DNA of 62,336 bases, filler included, from Diploschistes diacapsis (GCA_023645945.1; 17 parts of 17 records of this genome joined end to end with filler, not necessarily neighbours in it), one strand, 5' to 3'; positions 1 through 11,821 are shown, counted from the whole stretch's first letter. The notes: generated from the letters alone by a model not told the origin. A program made the numbers and translations.

Positions 1-2267
1 TCGATTATAATAAAAATACGGCTTACGTCGTAGATAACTATTTCGAAGATTTAGTACGATGCCCACCAACATAGATCATGTTTAAATTTAGCGATAGCAG
101 GCCAATTGAGCTTAAAACGAAGATGGAAAATGGAATAACAGTTTACGGAAATAAAAATGTTCTGACACGATTAATAGAAGTAATTAATTCGTATTCAAAC
201 TTATAGATCGATACGGGAAATGTAACAATACCTAAATCACAATATCTCGAGATACTATTATTAAATAATTGGAAGGATAACTACGAAACGGGTTCAATAA
301 AGATATATTTTATAAATAATCGAAACCGGGTTTTAATCGATAAAACCTTCGATAAGTTACACGAGCAGGGAAGACTGGACTAGACAATTAACCATACGCC
401 ATTCAATTTCCCCGTCTTTGTTATGTGGAAGATGACAGATGGCATCAAGAAGGAACGGGCCGTTATAAACATCAAAACGTTAAATAAGATGTTTAAGAAA
501 AATGTTTATTTAATGTTTAATTAGGCAGACATTTTAAACGATATTAGAAAAATAGCTTTCATTACGATCGTGGATGCAGCCAAATTTTTTTATTAGTTCT
601 AAACGAAACTAAAACATCGCTATAGATTGACCGTCGTTACGCATCGTGATTAAAAGTAGGCTGGCCGTCACTGACACTGACACGGCCGTGTCAGTGACAC
701 GGACACTGACAGTGTCAGTGTCCGTGTTTTAGATTTTTTAACTACGATGTCCGTGTCCGTGGATTCACGGAAGTACAGTGTCCGTATCAGTATTAATATT
801 TTAAAATTTTTAATTATAATGTCCGTGTCCGTGCTTTCATTATAATATAATATCCGTGTTAGTATCCGTGTCGAAAAATTTTTTATTACGATATCCGTAT
901 CCGTGCATTTATCGAAACATTTTAAATTATTTTTTTAATTTTAATAATTCTAGAATTATCACGTCTATTTCTCACGCTTTTATTTTTTTAAAAAAATTTC
1001 ACTGTAATGTTTCGATGGATTCACCGCAGTGTTTCGGTGAATTCACGGAAATACAGTGTCCGTGTCAGTATCAGTATTTTAAAATTTTTAATTACAGTGT
1101 CCGTGTCCGTGCTTTTACTGCAGTATAGTGTCCGTGTCAGTGTCCGTGTTTTAAAATTTTAGCTGTCGTGTCCGTGTCAGTGTCCGTGTTTTGAAAATTT
1201 TTGCTGCAGTGTCCGTGTCAGTGACCGTGGCACGAAACGGCCAGCCTAATTAAAAGATATTCCAAATACCGGTCATAAGCTACATCAATATTCCAATCTA
1301 CGTCCAATACTAAATAAATAATTTATTACGCGATTTAAAAACTTTCTATCGAGCATATCAGGACGACATTATAATCTATAATACGACATTAATCGAACAT
1401 CTCAATTACCTCCACCAAATATTCGTCAAACTTGATAGCATTAACATCACGTTTACCCTGAAAAAGAGCTACATTAGCTTCCCTTCCGTTCAACTATTAA
1501 AATAGAAAGTAAATAAACTAAACCTAATCACATCTACGAACAAACTCAGAACCATTACGGAATTTAACTTTCTAAAAAACTTAACCTAGCTAGAATACTA
1601 TATTAAATTAATAGGATACATACGCAAGTATATACTCTATTATGTAACGATAATAGAACCTTTAGAAAAACGTAAAGCGATATTCAATCAGAAGCTTAAG
1701 TCGGCTTCTAAGAAATCTACAAAAGAAACGAATAGACCTAAAAAAAGAAACCACGCTGAAAAAAAATTATTACAAAAATCAACAAAGAAAGAGCTTTTAA
1801 CCTTCACACAGCTTCGTGATATCTTTACCAAAAATACGATACTAGTCCACCCCGACAGACGCCGAAAACTATACGGAGATATCGATACCAGCAAAATTTT
1901 TAAAATTAGTTACATACTTTATCACGTTAAAACAAATACAAAATTTAATTCCTATAAATATCCAACTTACAATTCTATAGAATCAATTCTGTTCCTATCT
2001 CGCAAGCTAAACGACGTAAAAAAAAAATACTGACTAACGGAATTAAAAATAACTAAATTAATTTAGTTTCTTAAGAAAATCCAATACTTAATCGAATTTA
2101 ACGAAGATATATCCATTATCTTTTTTACAAACTATACCGTCACGGTCGAGATAAGCAAACAAGTTTCCTTTAATACGATCAGTATAAAAAAATTTAACTT
2201 ACGTCTAATTCGGACATCTAAATATATTCAAAGGTTTAATATAGTCGTTAAATATATCTTTAAAAAG
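1..2267 (+). mobile_element. RIP-degraded Ty3/gypsy pol fragment (reverse transcriptase to RNase H)
   Basis: Readable motifs on the + strand: TIVDAAKFFY (~564), AYQDDII (YxDD, ~1353), LYGDIDTS (~1869) and Y*LTELK (YWPTELE-like, ~2028). Many TAA/TAG stops, with CpA/TpG depleted and CpG retained, as expected for RIP. Confidence 0.85.
657..1248 (+). mobile_element. hAT-type MITE, 592 bp, inserted in the gypsy RT
   Basis: 12-bp TIRs TAGGCTGGCCGT...ACGGCCAGCCTA, perfect 8-bp TSD ATTAAAAG (649-656 and 1249-1256), and dense internal GTGTCCGTGTCA repeats. Confidence 0.92.
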
Positions 2268-2367
2268 NNNNNNNNNNNNNNNNNNNNNNNNNNNNNNNNN
2301 NNNNNNNNNNNTTAATTAATTAANNNNNNNNNNNNNNNNNNNNNNNNNNNNNNNNNNNNNNNNNNNN
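2268..2367. other. Artificial contig linker (first of 16; the others start at 4634, 6997, 9360, 11722, 14082, 16434, 18782, 21124, 45996, 48337, 50676, 53011, 55345, 57677, 60008)
   Basis: Identical 100-nt N44-TTAATTAATTAA-N44 spacers with stops in all six frames. The short contigs decrease monotonically in length. Confidence 0.98.
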
Positions 2368-2882
2368 GGCGATTGAGGGGTGTATTGAGGTTGCCAGGGG
2401 GGAGGAGTGAGAGGGGAGAGGTTGATGATCGCGAGCTGGAGCACTCGGCGATGGGATCCGCTGGGCCTGATAGCGCCACGAGCAGAGGGGAAGTGTGTTG
2501 CATGGCGACGGCGTCCTGCTTTTGCTTAGGAGACGGGGGGGTGTTCAAACGAGTTTTTGTGTGTCACTGCTATTTGGTATGGGATTGCTGGAGCATGGTC
2601 TTGTTGTTCACTTCTTCTGGGCTGTAACGGTGCGCAGTGTGATTGTCAAGGCTTCAGGCAGCCTGGAAACTTCGAGTCGAGTTTACGATATAACTAATGT
2701 GCAAATTCGCGCTCTCTCTGTGACCTGTCTTGATACATGCCTGTATACTCGTATGGCCCCCAGCGTATCAAAGAGCTTCAGCCACAGTGAGGACCCTTCC
2801 CAGCATTTACGCCACACCTGACAAGTTCGTACTTTCTTTGGGCAACTTCTCAATCAGATATCTGAGAAAGTGCAAAGCTACC

Positions 2883-4633
2883 ATGGGCAAAGGTGCGCCT
2901 TGCGTTCGCTTTCAGTTTCTATTACTAATTCGGCTGCAGGTACCGACAAGTTGTATGTAAGTTGCGCGGCTCGCGTTCTGCACTCGGTTTGAACTGACAA
3001 ATTTCAGATCACCCACTCGGAGTGGGCATCAGAGGATGCGTTCTCTGCAAGCGCTGGATCCGGCCTGCGCTCGCAAGAATCGAACGCCACCTTCAAACGG
3101 CTTCCCTTCAACTACTGCGCTGTTTCGCTCCAGCCGTTCCGGCATCCCGTCTGCACCGCCGATGGAACGACCTTTGACCTCGAGAATATCATCTCATGGC
3201 TGGAGAAGCACAGCACGAACCCGATCAACGGGAATCCGCTCAAGCCCGAGGAGCTGATCAAGCTCAACTTCAGCAAGAACGACGATGGCGACTATGTCGA
3301 TCCCGTCACCTTCAAAGTGTTCACGAACAATACGCACATCGTTGCGCTGAAGAATACTGGCAATGTCTTTGCTTACGATACCATTCAGAGGCTCAACATC
3401 GAGGCCAAGATGTGGAGAGATCTCGTCAGCGACGAGGAGTTCAGCCGCAAGGACGTCGTCGTGTTGCAAGACCCACAGAATGTCGAATCGAGAAATATCT
3501 CGACGTTCAAATACCAACAGGACGGAGTGAGTAATTTGACAGCAGACAAGGAGCAGGAACGCAAAGATCCTTCTCGGAACATCAAGAAGTCGGCCCTGGG
3601 AAGTTCTGCCCGGGTTCTAAAGGCCAAAGAAGCTGTTGCTCTTGCTCGATCGAACCGTGACGCCTCCGATCCAAACCACAATACCACGATATCCTCAAAA
3701 GGTAGCGGTGTTAGAGCAAGCTCTGTTCCCCAAAAATCGCAGACCGCAAAGCCCATACCATACAACGCCGCACGGTACACCACCGGCAAAGCTGCGCAGT
3801 CCTTCACCTCGACAGGCTACACTCCTCACACGTCCGCCGAGCGCGCTCTGCTCACGGAAGAGGAATACATGCTTCAACCCAAACGGGTCAAGGAAAAGGG
3901 GTACGCAAGAATCACCACAACCCACGGCGACCTGAACATCGAGCTGCGCCCCGAGTTCGCGCCACACGCCGTGTGGAACTTCGTCCAGCTGGCCAAGAAG
4001 GGCTACTACAACGGCATCGCCTTCCACCGCAACATCCGGAACTTCATGATCCAGGGCGGCGATCCCACAGGCACGGGCCGCGGCGGGAAAAGCATCTGGG
4101 GCAAGGACTTCAAGGACGAGTTCGACGGCCCGCTGACGCACGACGCGCGCGGCGTCGTCAGCATGGCGAACAAGGGCAAGCACACCAACGGCTCGCAGTT
4201 TTTCATTACCTACCGCCCCGCCAAGCACCTCGACCGGAAGCACACCGTCTTCGGCCAGGTCGTCGGCGGCCTGGACACGCTCGCGCGCCTCGAGAGGGTG
4301 CCGGTCGACGACGGCGACAAGCGGCCGCTCGAGGATATCGAGATGCAGGAGGTCGTCATCTTCCTCGATCCCTTCGAGGAGTTCCAGAAGGCCCGCCGCG
4401 AACGCGACGAGGCCGAGACGGAGAGGGCGGAGACCAAGAGGCGGGGTGGCACCGAGGACGACCGGACGACGTGGACGGGGAAGCGGGTCGGCGCGGACGG
4501 GACGGTGGAGGCGGGCGCGGAAGACGAGGGCGCGGCGGGCGTGGGCAAGTATCTCAAGGCTGCTGCTGCGGCCGCGGCCGCGGCGGCGGAGAGGGGAGAG
4601 AATGATGGAGGTGCGAGGGAGAAGGGGGAGGAG
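2883..4633 (+). CDS. PPIL2: Peptidyl-prolyl cis-trans isomerase-like 2 (U-box plus cyclophilin, Cyp60), 3'-truncated by the contig end
   Basis: Exons 2883-2892, 2940-2956 and 3008->4633 (GT-AG introns 2893-2939 and 2957-3007) give MGKGTDKLYITHSEW...RLPFNYCAVSLQPF. The cyclophilin core FHRNIRNFMIQGGDPTGTGRGGKSIWG...HTVFG follows. Confidence 0.93.
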
Positions 4634-4733
4634 NNNNNNNNNNNNNNNNNNNNNNNNNNNNNNNNNNNNNNNNNNNNTTAATTAATTAANNNNNNNNNNN
4701 NNNNNNNNNNNNNNNNNNNNNNNNNNNNNNNNN

Positions 4734-5692
4734 TCGATATATTAATTATATTACGGCCTAAATTTTCGTTTTTCGTAATTAATGATTCCGTTAGATATTT
4801 TATTTTCGTATTAGCACGGGCTTATGTTTTTTATAAAAGAAGTTTATTCCGTTTAATGCGATAAGTAAATTTAAGAAACCGATTAATATCCTTTTATATA
4901 GATCGTTTTAATATATCTTATGTCCGTTCTAGGCGAGCCTATAACATTTCTACGTAAGGATAATTACGGCGTGTATATTTCGAATATTTCAGGACTTTAG
5001 AACTAAATAATATAACGAAATAGAACTTGTCGTTAAAAGAATAATATTTATAAAAAGAAATAATAAGGATTTTGTAACGAACGATAGAACGGGAAAGTTA
5101 GATTCGTTCAACGGATCGATTGCGAGAAGTTAAAAGAAATATCGTTGTTTCACGATTTAAAATTCTTTTTTATTTAATACTTATATTAGATCTTTCGGCG
5201 AATCATCGGGCCGATAATGTTGAAGGAAAGGGATAATATTACGATCTAAGTATTAGATTTAGTACGTTCTAGCTTTATATATAGATCAGTTACGGGATCA
5301 AAGGTCACGTGATACGTTTATTGTTCGCGCTTATCCTCGTAAACGATAAGCGGGTTTTTATTATCGCTCGATAATCGCGTTTATTTTTATAAGCGGCGAG
5401 TTTTAAAAGCACCGCTCGTTAAATTTATACTAAGCGGCGAGCGAGCTAATTATATATAAACACGACTTTATTTTTATAAAAAAGAGCGTATTTATTTTTA
5501 TAAATATTCTTAACGATTACTCGGGATTAATTTATATTCGTTATTTCTATTATTTAGAGAGTCTTTTTTTTAAAAATAGTTTAAGACTTATAACTGCTCT
5601 ATCTTCTTCTCTTATCACACTCTTCTTCTAACAGAGACCAAACCCACCTTGATCCTACTCGTGTATATCTTGTATAGATAGAGATCATAACA
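4734..5692 (+). mobile_element. Gypsy family A 3' end: post-pol region, PPT and 3' LTR (5237-5692)
   Basis: Polypurine tract GAAGGAAAGGGATAA directly precedes tattacgatc (RIP form of TGTTACGATCC), and the LTR ends ...GATCATAACA. Related LTRs occur at 12704, 52822 (-) and 54374-55344. Confidence 0.85.
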
Positions 5693-6996
5693 TTGCCTTA
5701 GCGATTATATTTATAAAACCTATTGTTGCCGAGATTTTTGCGATACGCGAGCCATTGTTAAACTCGTTCTCGTCGTTGGCCGGGGCTTGGATATCTAGCT
5801 TATTATAAAAAGCTTTAACTACGAGTTAAATAACATGCGTAAGATAAGGTATATTAAATCTATCCGGGTCCCAATCGGCTTTATTTTCTATTATGTATCT
5901 TGTAATAGGCCGGCCGTTTCGTGCCACGGTCACTAACACGGACACTACAGCAAAAATTTTTTAAACACGGACATTAACACGGACACGACAGCTAAAATTT
6001 TAAAACACGAACACTAACACGGACACTATACTATAATAAAAGCACGGACACGGACACTATAATTAAAAATTTTAAAACATTGACATTAATACGGACACTG
6101 CACTTCCGTGAATCCACGAACACGGACACCGCAACTAAAAAATCTAAAACACGGACACTGACACTATCAGTGTCCGTGTCACTGACACGGCCGTGTCAGT
6201 TTCAGTGACGGCCAGCCTATCTTGTAAGAATACTACGCGCGCGGATAAGATTAGTACTATTATTAATTATCATTCTAAATAATCGTGAATGTAGGTTATG
6301 TTTGTATAACACGTCGAAGATCGTTTTTTTTAGTTTTTTTTTTATAGCCTTACTATATATCGAAAGTATATTAAATAAAGTTTCACGGAATTTTTATTGA
6401 CTATTAATTTAATAAATTATAATTATTAAAAAATATAGATAATTAATTAACGTTTAATAATTAATCGTAATGCTGATTTTATTATCCGATTTAAATATAT
6501 TAGTATATCGAGTTTATACGTCGTTAAATAGCTTATTTAGCTTCTGTCTTATTTTAGTTCGTCTTAATAGTTAGATGTTGAACCCGAAACTTCTGAACAG
6601 CTTTTTTGTAACAAGATTCTCCGTTCAACGAAATAAAAGATTTAGATTTAATCCGAATATTAATAGATCACGAGTAATATCACGTTTCTCGCTTTTATTC
6701 GTTGTTCGTATTGTTAAATTACGGGAAAAACCTTTCTATAAGACCTTATATTAATTTATGTTTCGATTAATTTCTTACGATTATTTCTCACGATCTACTT
6801 ACCGAAGAGAAATACTGAGAAATGGTTCGTTAATTCGCGCGACTGGATTTAAAATTAACCTGAGATAGAGCGTTGTGTTAGTTTTCTTTATATCTAGATA
6901 TTTCTTTACTGCTTTGTATAAAAGCTTTAGGATGCTAGAAAACTTGGTAATAAATTATGTATTGGACTTTAGGATTTCTATCATTTAGCGCTGCGA
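5693..6996 (-). mobile_element. RIP-degraded hAT transposase remnant
   Basis: Minus strand reads KISITINY*T (ISIALDCWTS-like, ~6480-6450), LFRMIINNSTN (TTDN-like, ~6280-6250) and PYLTHVI*LVVKAF (CxxHVIQL-like, ~5850-5810). Confidence 0.7.
5906..6219 (-). mobile_element. hAT MITE, 314-bp internally deleted copy
   Basis: Same TIRs as 657-1248 (one mismatch) in reverse orientation, with perfect 8-bp TSD TCTTGTAA (5898-5905 and 6220-6227). Confidence 0.92.
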
Positions 6997-7096
6997 NNNN
7001 NNNNNNNNNNNNNNNNNNNNNNNNNNNNNNNNNNNNNNNNTTAATTAATTAANNNNNNNNNNNNNNNNNNNNNNNNNNNNNNNNNNNNNNNNNNNN

Positions 7097-7244
7097 CTAT
7101 AAATAGTCGTTAATATTAAATTCTATTAAAATCGAATTATTATAATACGAAATTGTCATTATTGAAAAAGATCGAATATAAAATGAAAATAATGATTTAA
7201 GGTAACCGGAATCTAGGGATGGCCGGAATCCCCGTGAAACACGT
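7097..7244. mobile_element. End of a pogo/Fot1-like element
   Basis: Ends ...GTGAAACACGT followed by TA, with the internal direct repeat CCGGAATC. The same ACGTGTTT terminus occurs at 9279, 10668 and 13634/13843. Confidence 0.6.
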
Positions 7245-7888
7245 TATCCAAATAAATATTTATTAAAAACATTTGGTAAAAATATCCGAAATAAAGAACA
7301 TTTTTTATAAAATAATTATAAGAAATATAAAAATCAATTAAGGAATCGAAATCAAAGATAGTATTGTATTTAATTTAAGAAAAATTATAGACATAACGAC
7401 GTAAAATGATTTAAATTGAATAATTTCGAAACAATTATAACGCGTAAAAGATATTGTCGCGTTTTTAAAATCGAAAAGGATAAAAAACATGATGAAATTT
7501 ATTCAGATCGATTAAATTTTGATTGCGACGAATAAATTGCGTTTAAACCCGTGGAATGGTAATAATAGTAATTTAAGATCACCAACTTCTGGGGGTGACC
7601 TACTTTCCAAATTGGCTGTGATGTCAGTTATATATAAAAACTGACTTTTATAGCCATTTTGCTCGACATTCAATAATCGGTGCTTATGTTAAGAATCCCA
7701 AGCCACTTCTATTAACTTTTGCAACGTACTGTATGGATGTCAAACTCGCTAGACATTATTACATCTCGTACTCTATAATGAGTTGGAGATACCTGGATTT
7801 ACCTTCCAATTCCCCGCCCCTGCCAACCTTCGCGCTGAATCCACTCTCCCATCAACTAAAGCCTCTCGCTTTTCACTAAATTGACACG

Positions 7889-8557
7889 ATGGACTCTGCA
7901 CGAGCGCAGTCACGGCCTATTATACTAGAAACATTGGATGCGACTTCCTTCCGGCCTTTTGGTTATGTTCTCGAAGATCCCCATCTAGGTCAAAGTACGT
8001 TGCGGCTAAACGGAACAAGCGCCAACCAGGGGACTGCTCTCAAATTTGCAGATATAATTCCCCTTGAGAACATGTATCATAAAGCACCGGATGTTAGTAC
8101 CGTACGGCCATCCATCAATCTCTTCGTATGCTCCCCTCGGACGCCCATTGAAGACCTAAATGATGTCCCCAATAGGCTACTCCCTCTACCCGTTCTTGAG
8201 CGCCATCGCTTCACAACACAAACCTTCGTTCCCATTGGACTTGACCCAAATAGTGAGGAGGCGAGCTATCTCGTTATCGTGGCCGGCTCTAGAGCTATTC
8301 CAGGTTCGACTGACGACTTACCCAATATTCAGAATGTTCGTGCGTTTGTTGCTCGGGGATCCCAGGCGATCACCTACGGATGCGGGGTATGGCACGCCCC
8401 AATGATTGTACTTGGGGCAAAGCCCATATCATTCGTTGCAATTCAATTTGTGAATGGCATTTCGAAAGACGACTGTGAAGAATGTGAGATTGGCCTGATG
8501 GATTCTGGCATACATATTCAACTTCCGCGTGGAAGGATCCTTCGGAGCAATCTCTGA
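7889..8557 (+). CDS. DAL3: Ureidoglycolate lyase/hydrolase, intronless, 222 aa
   Basis: Motifs FRPFGYV, SANQGTALK, LERHRFTTQTFVP and QAITYGCGVWHAPM. Confidence 0.88.
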   Translation: MDSARAQSRPIILETLDATSFRPFGYVLEDPHLGQSTLRLNGTSANQGTALKFADIIPLENMYHKAPDVSTVRPSINLFVCSPRTPIEDLNDVPNRLLPLPVLERHRFTTQTFVPIGLDPNSEEASYLVIVAGSRAIPGSTDDLPNIQNVRAFVARGSQAITYGCGVWHAPMIVLGAKPISFVAIQFVNGISKDDCEECEIGLMDSGIHIQLPRGRILRSNL

Positions 8558-9278
8558 ATAGAGCACAATCCACGATGTCAATATGTTTCCTGAGTTTACA
8601 CTTACGATGAGATTTTGTGCAGGTTTCCATTAGTAGGGAGAGTGTTCAGCTACTGCATATTTCCAGGTCTAATATGGTATGATTCGTTCTGCCCAAAATA
8701 CCTTGGAACGAAGCAATCCTAGCTTTGTGTAGGGAGTCATTGGCGGCACGAAGGGACTTTTAAGTTTCTCCCCAAAATGGTTCTGCTTGAACATAGGTAA
8801 AGTTGATTGATAGAAAAGGCTCCATTGATGATACCTCGAATCTCCCATTCATGAGCGTCAGAAATCTACTCGAATACACTCACGTGGAGGTTTCCGCCGG
8901 GGAGCAACGCTCGCTCCTTCCGCTGAGAGCCTGGGTTCTGGACAGTCAACGAGACGATTTCAGCTGCAAGGATCAAAAGCAGCCTAGTCGAGGGCTGTGT
9001 TGCAGACGCATTTATGCAATACTACAGAGCTCCATAATTTCGGTTTCATGCTTCGCGTCGCATTATACGCTTAAGCCGCGAGGTTGCCGGGTAGCCTCTG
9101 GTAACCGTCAGCTAAAGTGCTCGAGTTGGTTGAGAACTTCTGTGATTTTGGGTTTTTATGGCAGCGATTATTGTGACCATTAATTTTGATAGATTACAGA
9201 CGCTAAGCTTAGTTATCTCGATAATACAACGTTACTTAAATCTTTTATATATCTTACAGGAATTAAAGCATATATATA

Positions 9279-9359
9279 ACGTGTTTCACGGTCAGCTCGG
9301 CCACCCCCAAAGCTCGGCCACTTTTGCCAAGAAATATTTTAAATCTTTAATAACTCTTC
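9279..9359 (+). mobile_element. Start of a pogo/Fot1-like element
   Basis: TA then ACGTGTTTCACGG, with the internal direct repeat AGCTCGGCCAC x2. Runs into the contig end. Confidence 0.6.
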
Positions 9360-9459
9360 NNNNNNNNNNNNNNNNNNNNNNNNNNNNNNNNNNNNNNNNN
9401 NNNTTAATTAATTAANNNNNNNNNNNNNNNNNNNNNNNNNNNNNNNNNNNNNNNNNNNN

Positions 9460-10000
9460 ATATTATCAAGTATTTTTGCTAAGTTAATAAATTATTCAGA
9501 ATATTCGAATTAATCAGTACTAGTGATATCCAATTTAATGGGGTTTATTAGGTACTATCTATTGTCGCGAAAATATTAAGAATGTCGTATTTTATATTAC
9601 GTAAGCGTGGATATTCCTGGCGTGAGAGCTTTAGCGAGTTTTTAACGCTAGTTATCCGGCGCTAAATTAGCGGAATTTTTGATAATTTTTCTGAATTTTT
9701 TTAATTTATGATTACGTAATAAAATGATTGGCCTCGCTATCTTTGCCGGTTTTGCTAATTTCGCCAGTTTCGCTAGCTTTCGCCGGAAAAAAAAATTTCG
9801 CTTAAAAAACTTTTCTTGATGTAGGTGTGTTATAATTTCACGATATGACTTAATATCTTATTATAGTCAGTTGCTCGAAAGTCCCCGTCCAAAGTATCGT
9901 TTAGGTGCGGTACTGGGTATAGTATCAATGTTGATGTTTTTACAATGTGTGTTACATTTATTAGTGTAATGCGGCCTGGAGCTGCCACTTGTTAACGCAT
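9460..10000 (-). mobile_element. Degraded DNA-transposon debris with an hAT dimerization-like motif
   Basis: Minus strand reads QEYPRLRNIKYDILNIFAT (~9620-9560), resembling YPxLxxMAxDILSIPAT. RIP-type composition. Confidence 0.4.
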
Positions 10001-10005
10001 AAAAA

Positions 10006-10398
10006 TGGTTGAAGTGGTGGATGTTCCTAATATAAATGACAAATGACTAAGATATATTCAGCAGCTAGTCTTAACTAGTAAACAATCACTAGCCTGCCTA
10101 GCCTGGTAGCTGACTATTCTTCAGTGATTGTATTAAAGATGATGAAGGTAATAACTATAAACAATAGAAGGTGAGAGGGCTTTTATAGACACATTTCACC
10201 CTAATATAATTAATATCATTAATCTAGAACGTTCTTTATCCTTCCAAAATATTCCATGCATTAATAAGCCGAATATTCTAGAATATTCGATAATATTCGA
10301 TAATTGTCGGTGGTATCCTATTATGTTTTAGAATATTCGAAACATACTAGAAGCTTAATAAGCAATATGACTAAGCTATATAGATTAGTATTCTGACA
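10006..10398 (-). mobile_element. Solo LTR, family D
   Basis: TGTCAGAATAC...TTCAACCA on the minus strand. Flanks AAAAA/AAGAA are a near-perfect 5-bp TSD. Homologous to 13252-13866. Confidence 0.7.
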
Positions 10399-10725
10399 AA
10401 GAAATAAACGAATTTAATTAAATGTCGTTTTATATTTGATAACCACATTTTCAAATATAATAATGCCCATTAATTGTAATTAAATAATATCGAGCCAACT
10501 TATGATTTATAAAAGATATTGCTTCGTTTTTTAAAAAATAATTATCATCTAAATCAATGAAATTTCAAGTTTTGACACATAAATTGTATTTAAAAACCGT
10601 AGAATGATAACACTAGTAATTTACACTGGCCCACTTCTGAGGTTGGCCCGCTTCCCAGTCAAACACGTTATCTATGAAATTGCGAGATATTACCTCTAGT
10701 GTAATTTAAGTATTGCTTATATGTA

Positions 10726-10935
10726 CAGTGGGGTCCCAAAAGAGGTTGGGTAAGAAAACAACAAAACACGACCTACCAACTTCATCAAGCCATTGCGCGC
10801 TCAATAAAGTTTGAATGAATGCGTAAATTAGATCATTTTGAATCTCTTAAATAGTAGATAATATTAGTATTGAATTTGCCATCTTCACCCGTCTATACAG
10901 GTCTGTATACGCTTTGATATAGAATGGATTAATAA
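10726..10935 (+). mobile_element. Tc1/mariner (impala-like) left end, interrupted by an hAT MITE
   Basis: TA then CAGTGGGGTCCCAAAA, resembling the impala/mimp CAGTGGG terminus. The other end is not visible. Confidence 0.4.
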
Positions 10936-11721
10936 TAGGCTGGCCGTCACTGACACTGACACGGCCGTGTTAGTGACACGGACACTGACACGGACACTGA
11001 CACGGCCGTGTTAGTGACACGGACACTGATAGTGTCAGTATTAGTGTTTTAGATTTTTTAGCTATAGTGTTCGTGTCCGTAGATTCACGGAAGTGCAGTG
11101 TCCGTGTTAATATCAATATTTAAAAATTTTTATTGTAATGTCCGTGTCCGTGTTTTCATTATAATATAATGTCCGTGTTAATGTCCGTACCGAAATCTTT
11201 TTTATAACGGTATCCGTATCCGTGCATTTATCGAAATATTTTAAAATATTTTTTTAATTTTAATAATTTTAGAATTATCACGTCTATTTCTTACGAGTTT
11301 ATTTTTTTAAAAAAATTTCATCGCGGTGTTTCGATAGATTTATCGTAATATTTCGATAAATTTACGGAAGTGTAATATCCGTATCAATATTAATATTTTA
11401 AAAATTTTAATTATAATATCCGTGTCCGTGCTTTTATTATAATATAATGTCCGTGTTAGGCTGGCCGTTTCGTGCCACGGTCACTGACACGGACACTGCA
11501 GCAAAAATTTTCAAAACACGGACACTGACACGGACACGACAATTAGAATCTTAAAACACGGATACTGACACGGACATTATCTTTCCGTAAATTCACGGAC
11601 ACGGACACCGCAATTAAAAAATTTAAAATACGGACATTAATACGGATATTATAATTAAAAAATTTAAAACACGGATACTGATACGGATATTATATTTTCA
11701 TAAATCCATTAACACGGATAC
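10936..11721. mobile_element. Two nested hAT MITE copies: + copy 10936-11456, with a - copy inserted at 11457 that runs to the contig end
   Basis: TAGGCTGGCCGTCAC at 10936 and TAGGCTGGCCGTTTCGTGCC at 11457. The internal sequence matches 657-1248. Confidence 0.88.
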
Positions 11722-11821
11722 NNNNNNNNNNNNNNNNNNNNNNNNNNNNNNNNNNNNNNNNNNNNTTAATTAATTAANNNNNNNNNNNNNNNNNNNNNNN
11801 NNNNNNNNNNNNNNNNNNNNN

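Noticed and set aside
856..1128. 90-aa ORF
   Set aside because: Chance frame inside the repetitive MITE.
659..1246. The same element as a Tc1/mariner MITE with a TA TSD
   Set aside because: The TA is part of the TIR; 8-bp duplications lie outside it in two independent copies.
657..1248. GTGTCCGTGT arrays as a CRISPR-like or iteron array
   Set aside because: There are no constant-length repeats with unique spacers. The array is bounded by TIRs and 8-bp TSDs in a eukaryotic context, so it is a MITE.
2312..2323. TTAATTAATTAA recurring every ~2.35 kb as a possible periodic element
   Set aside because: It is an artificial linker inside N-runs. The periodicity reflects size-sorted contigs, and neighbourhoods across linkers are meaningless.
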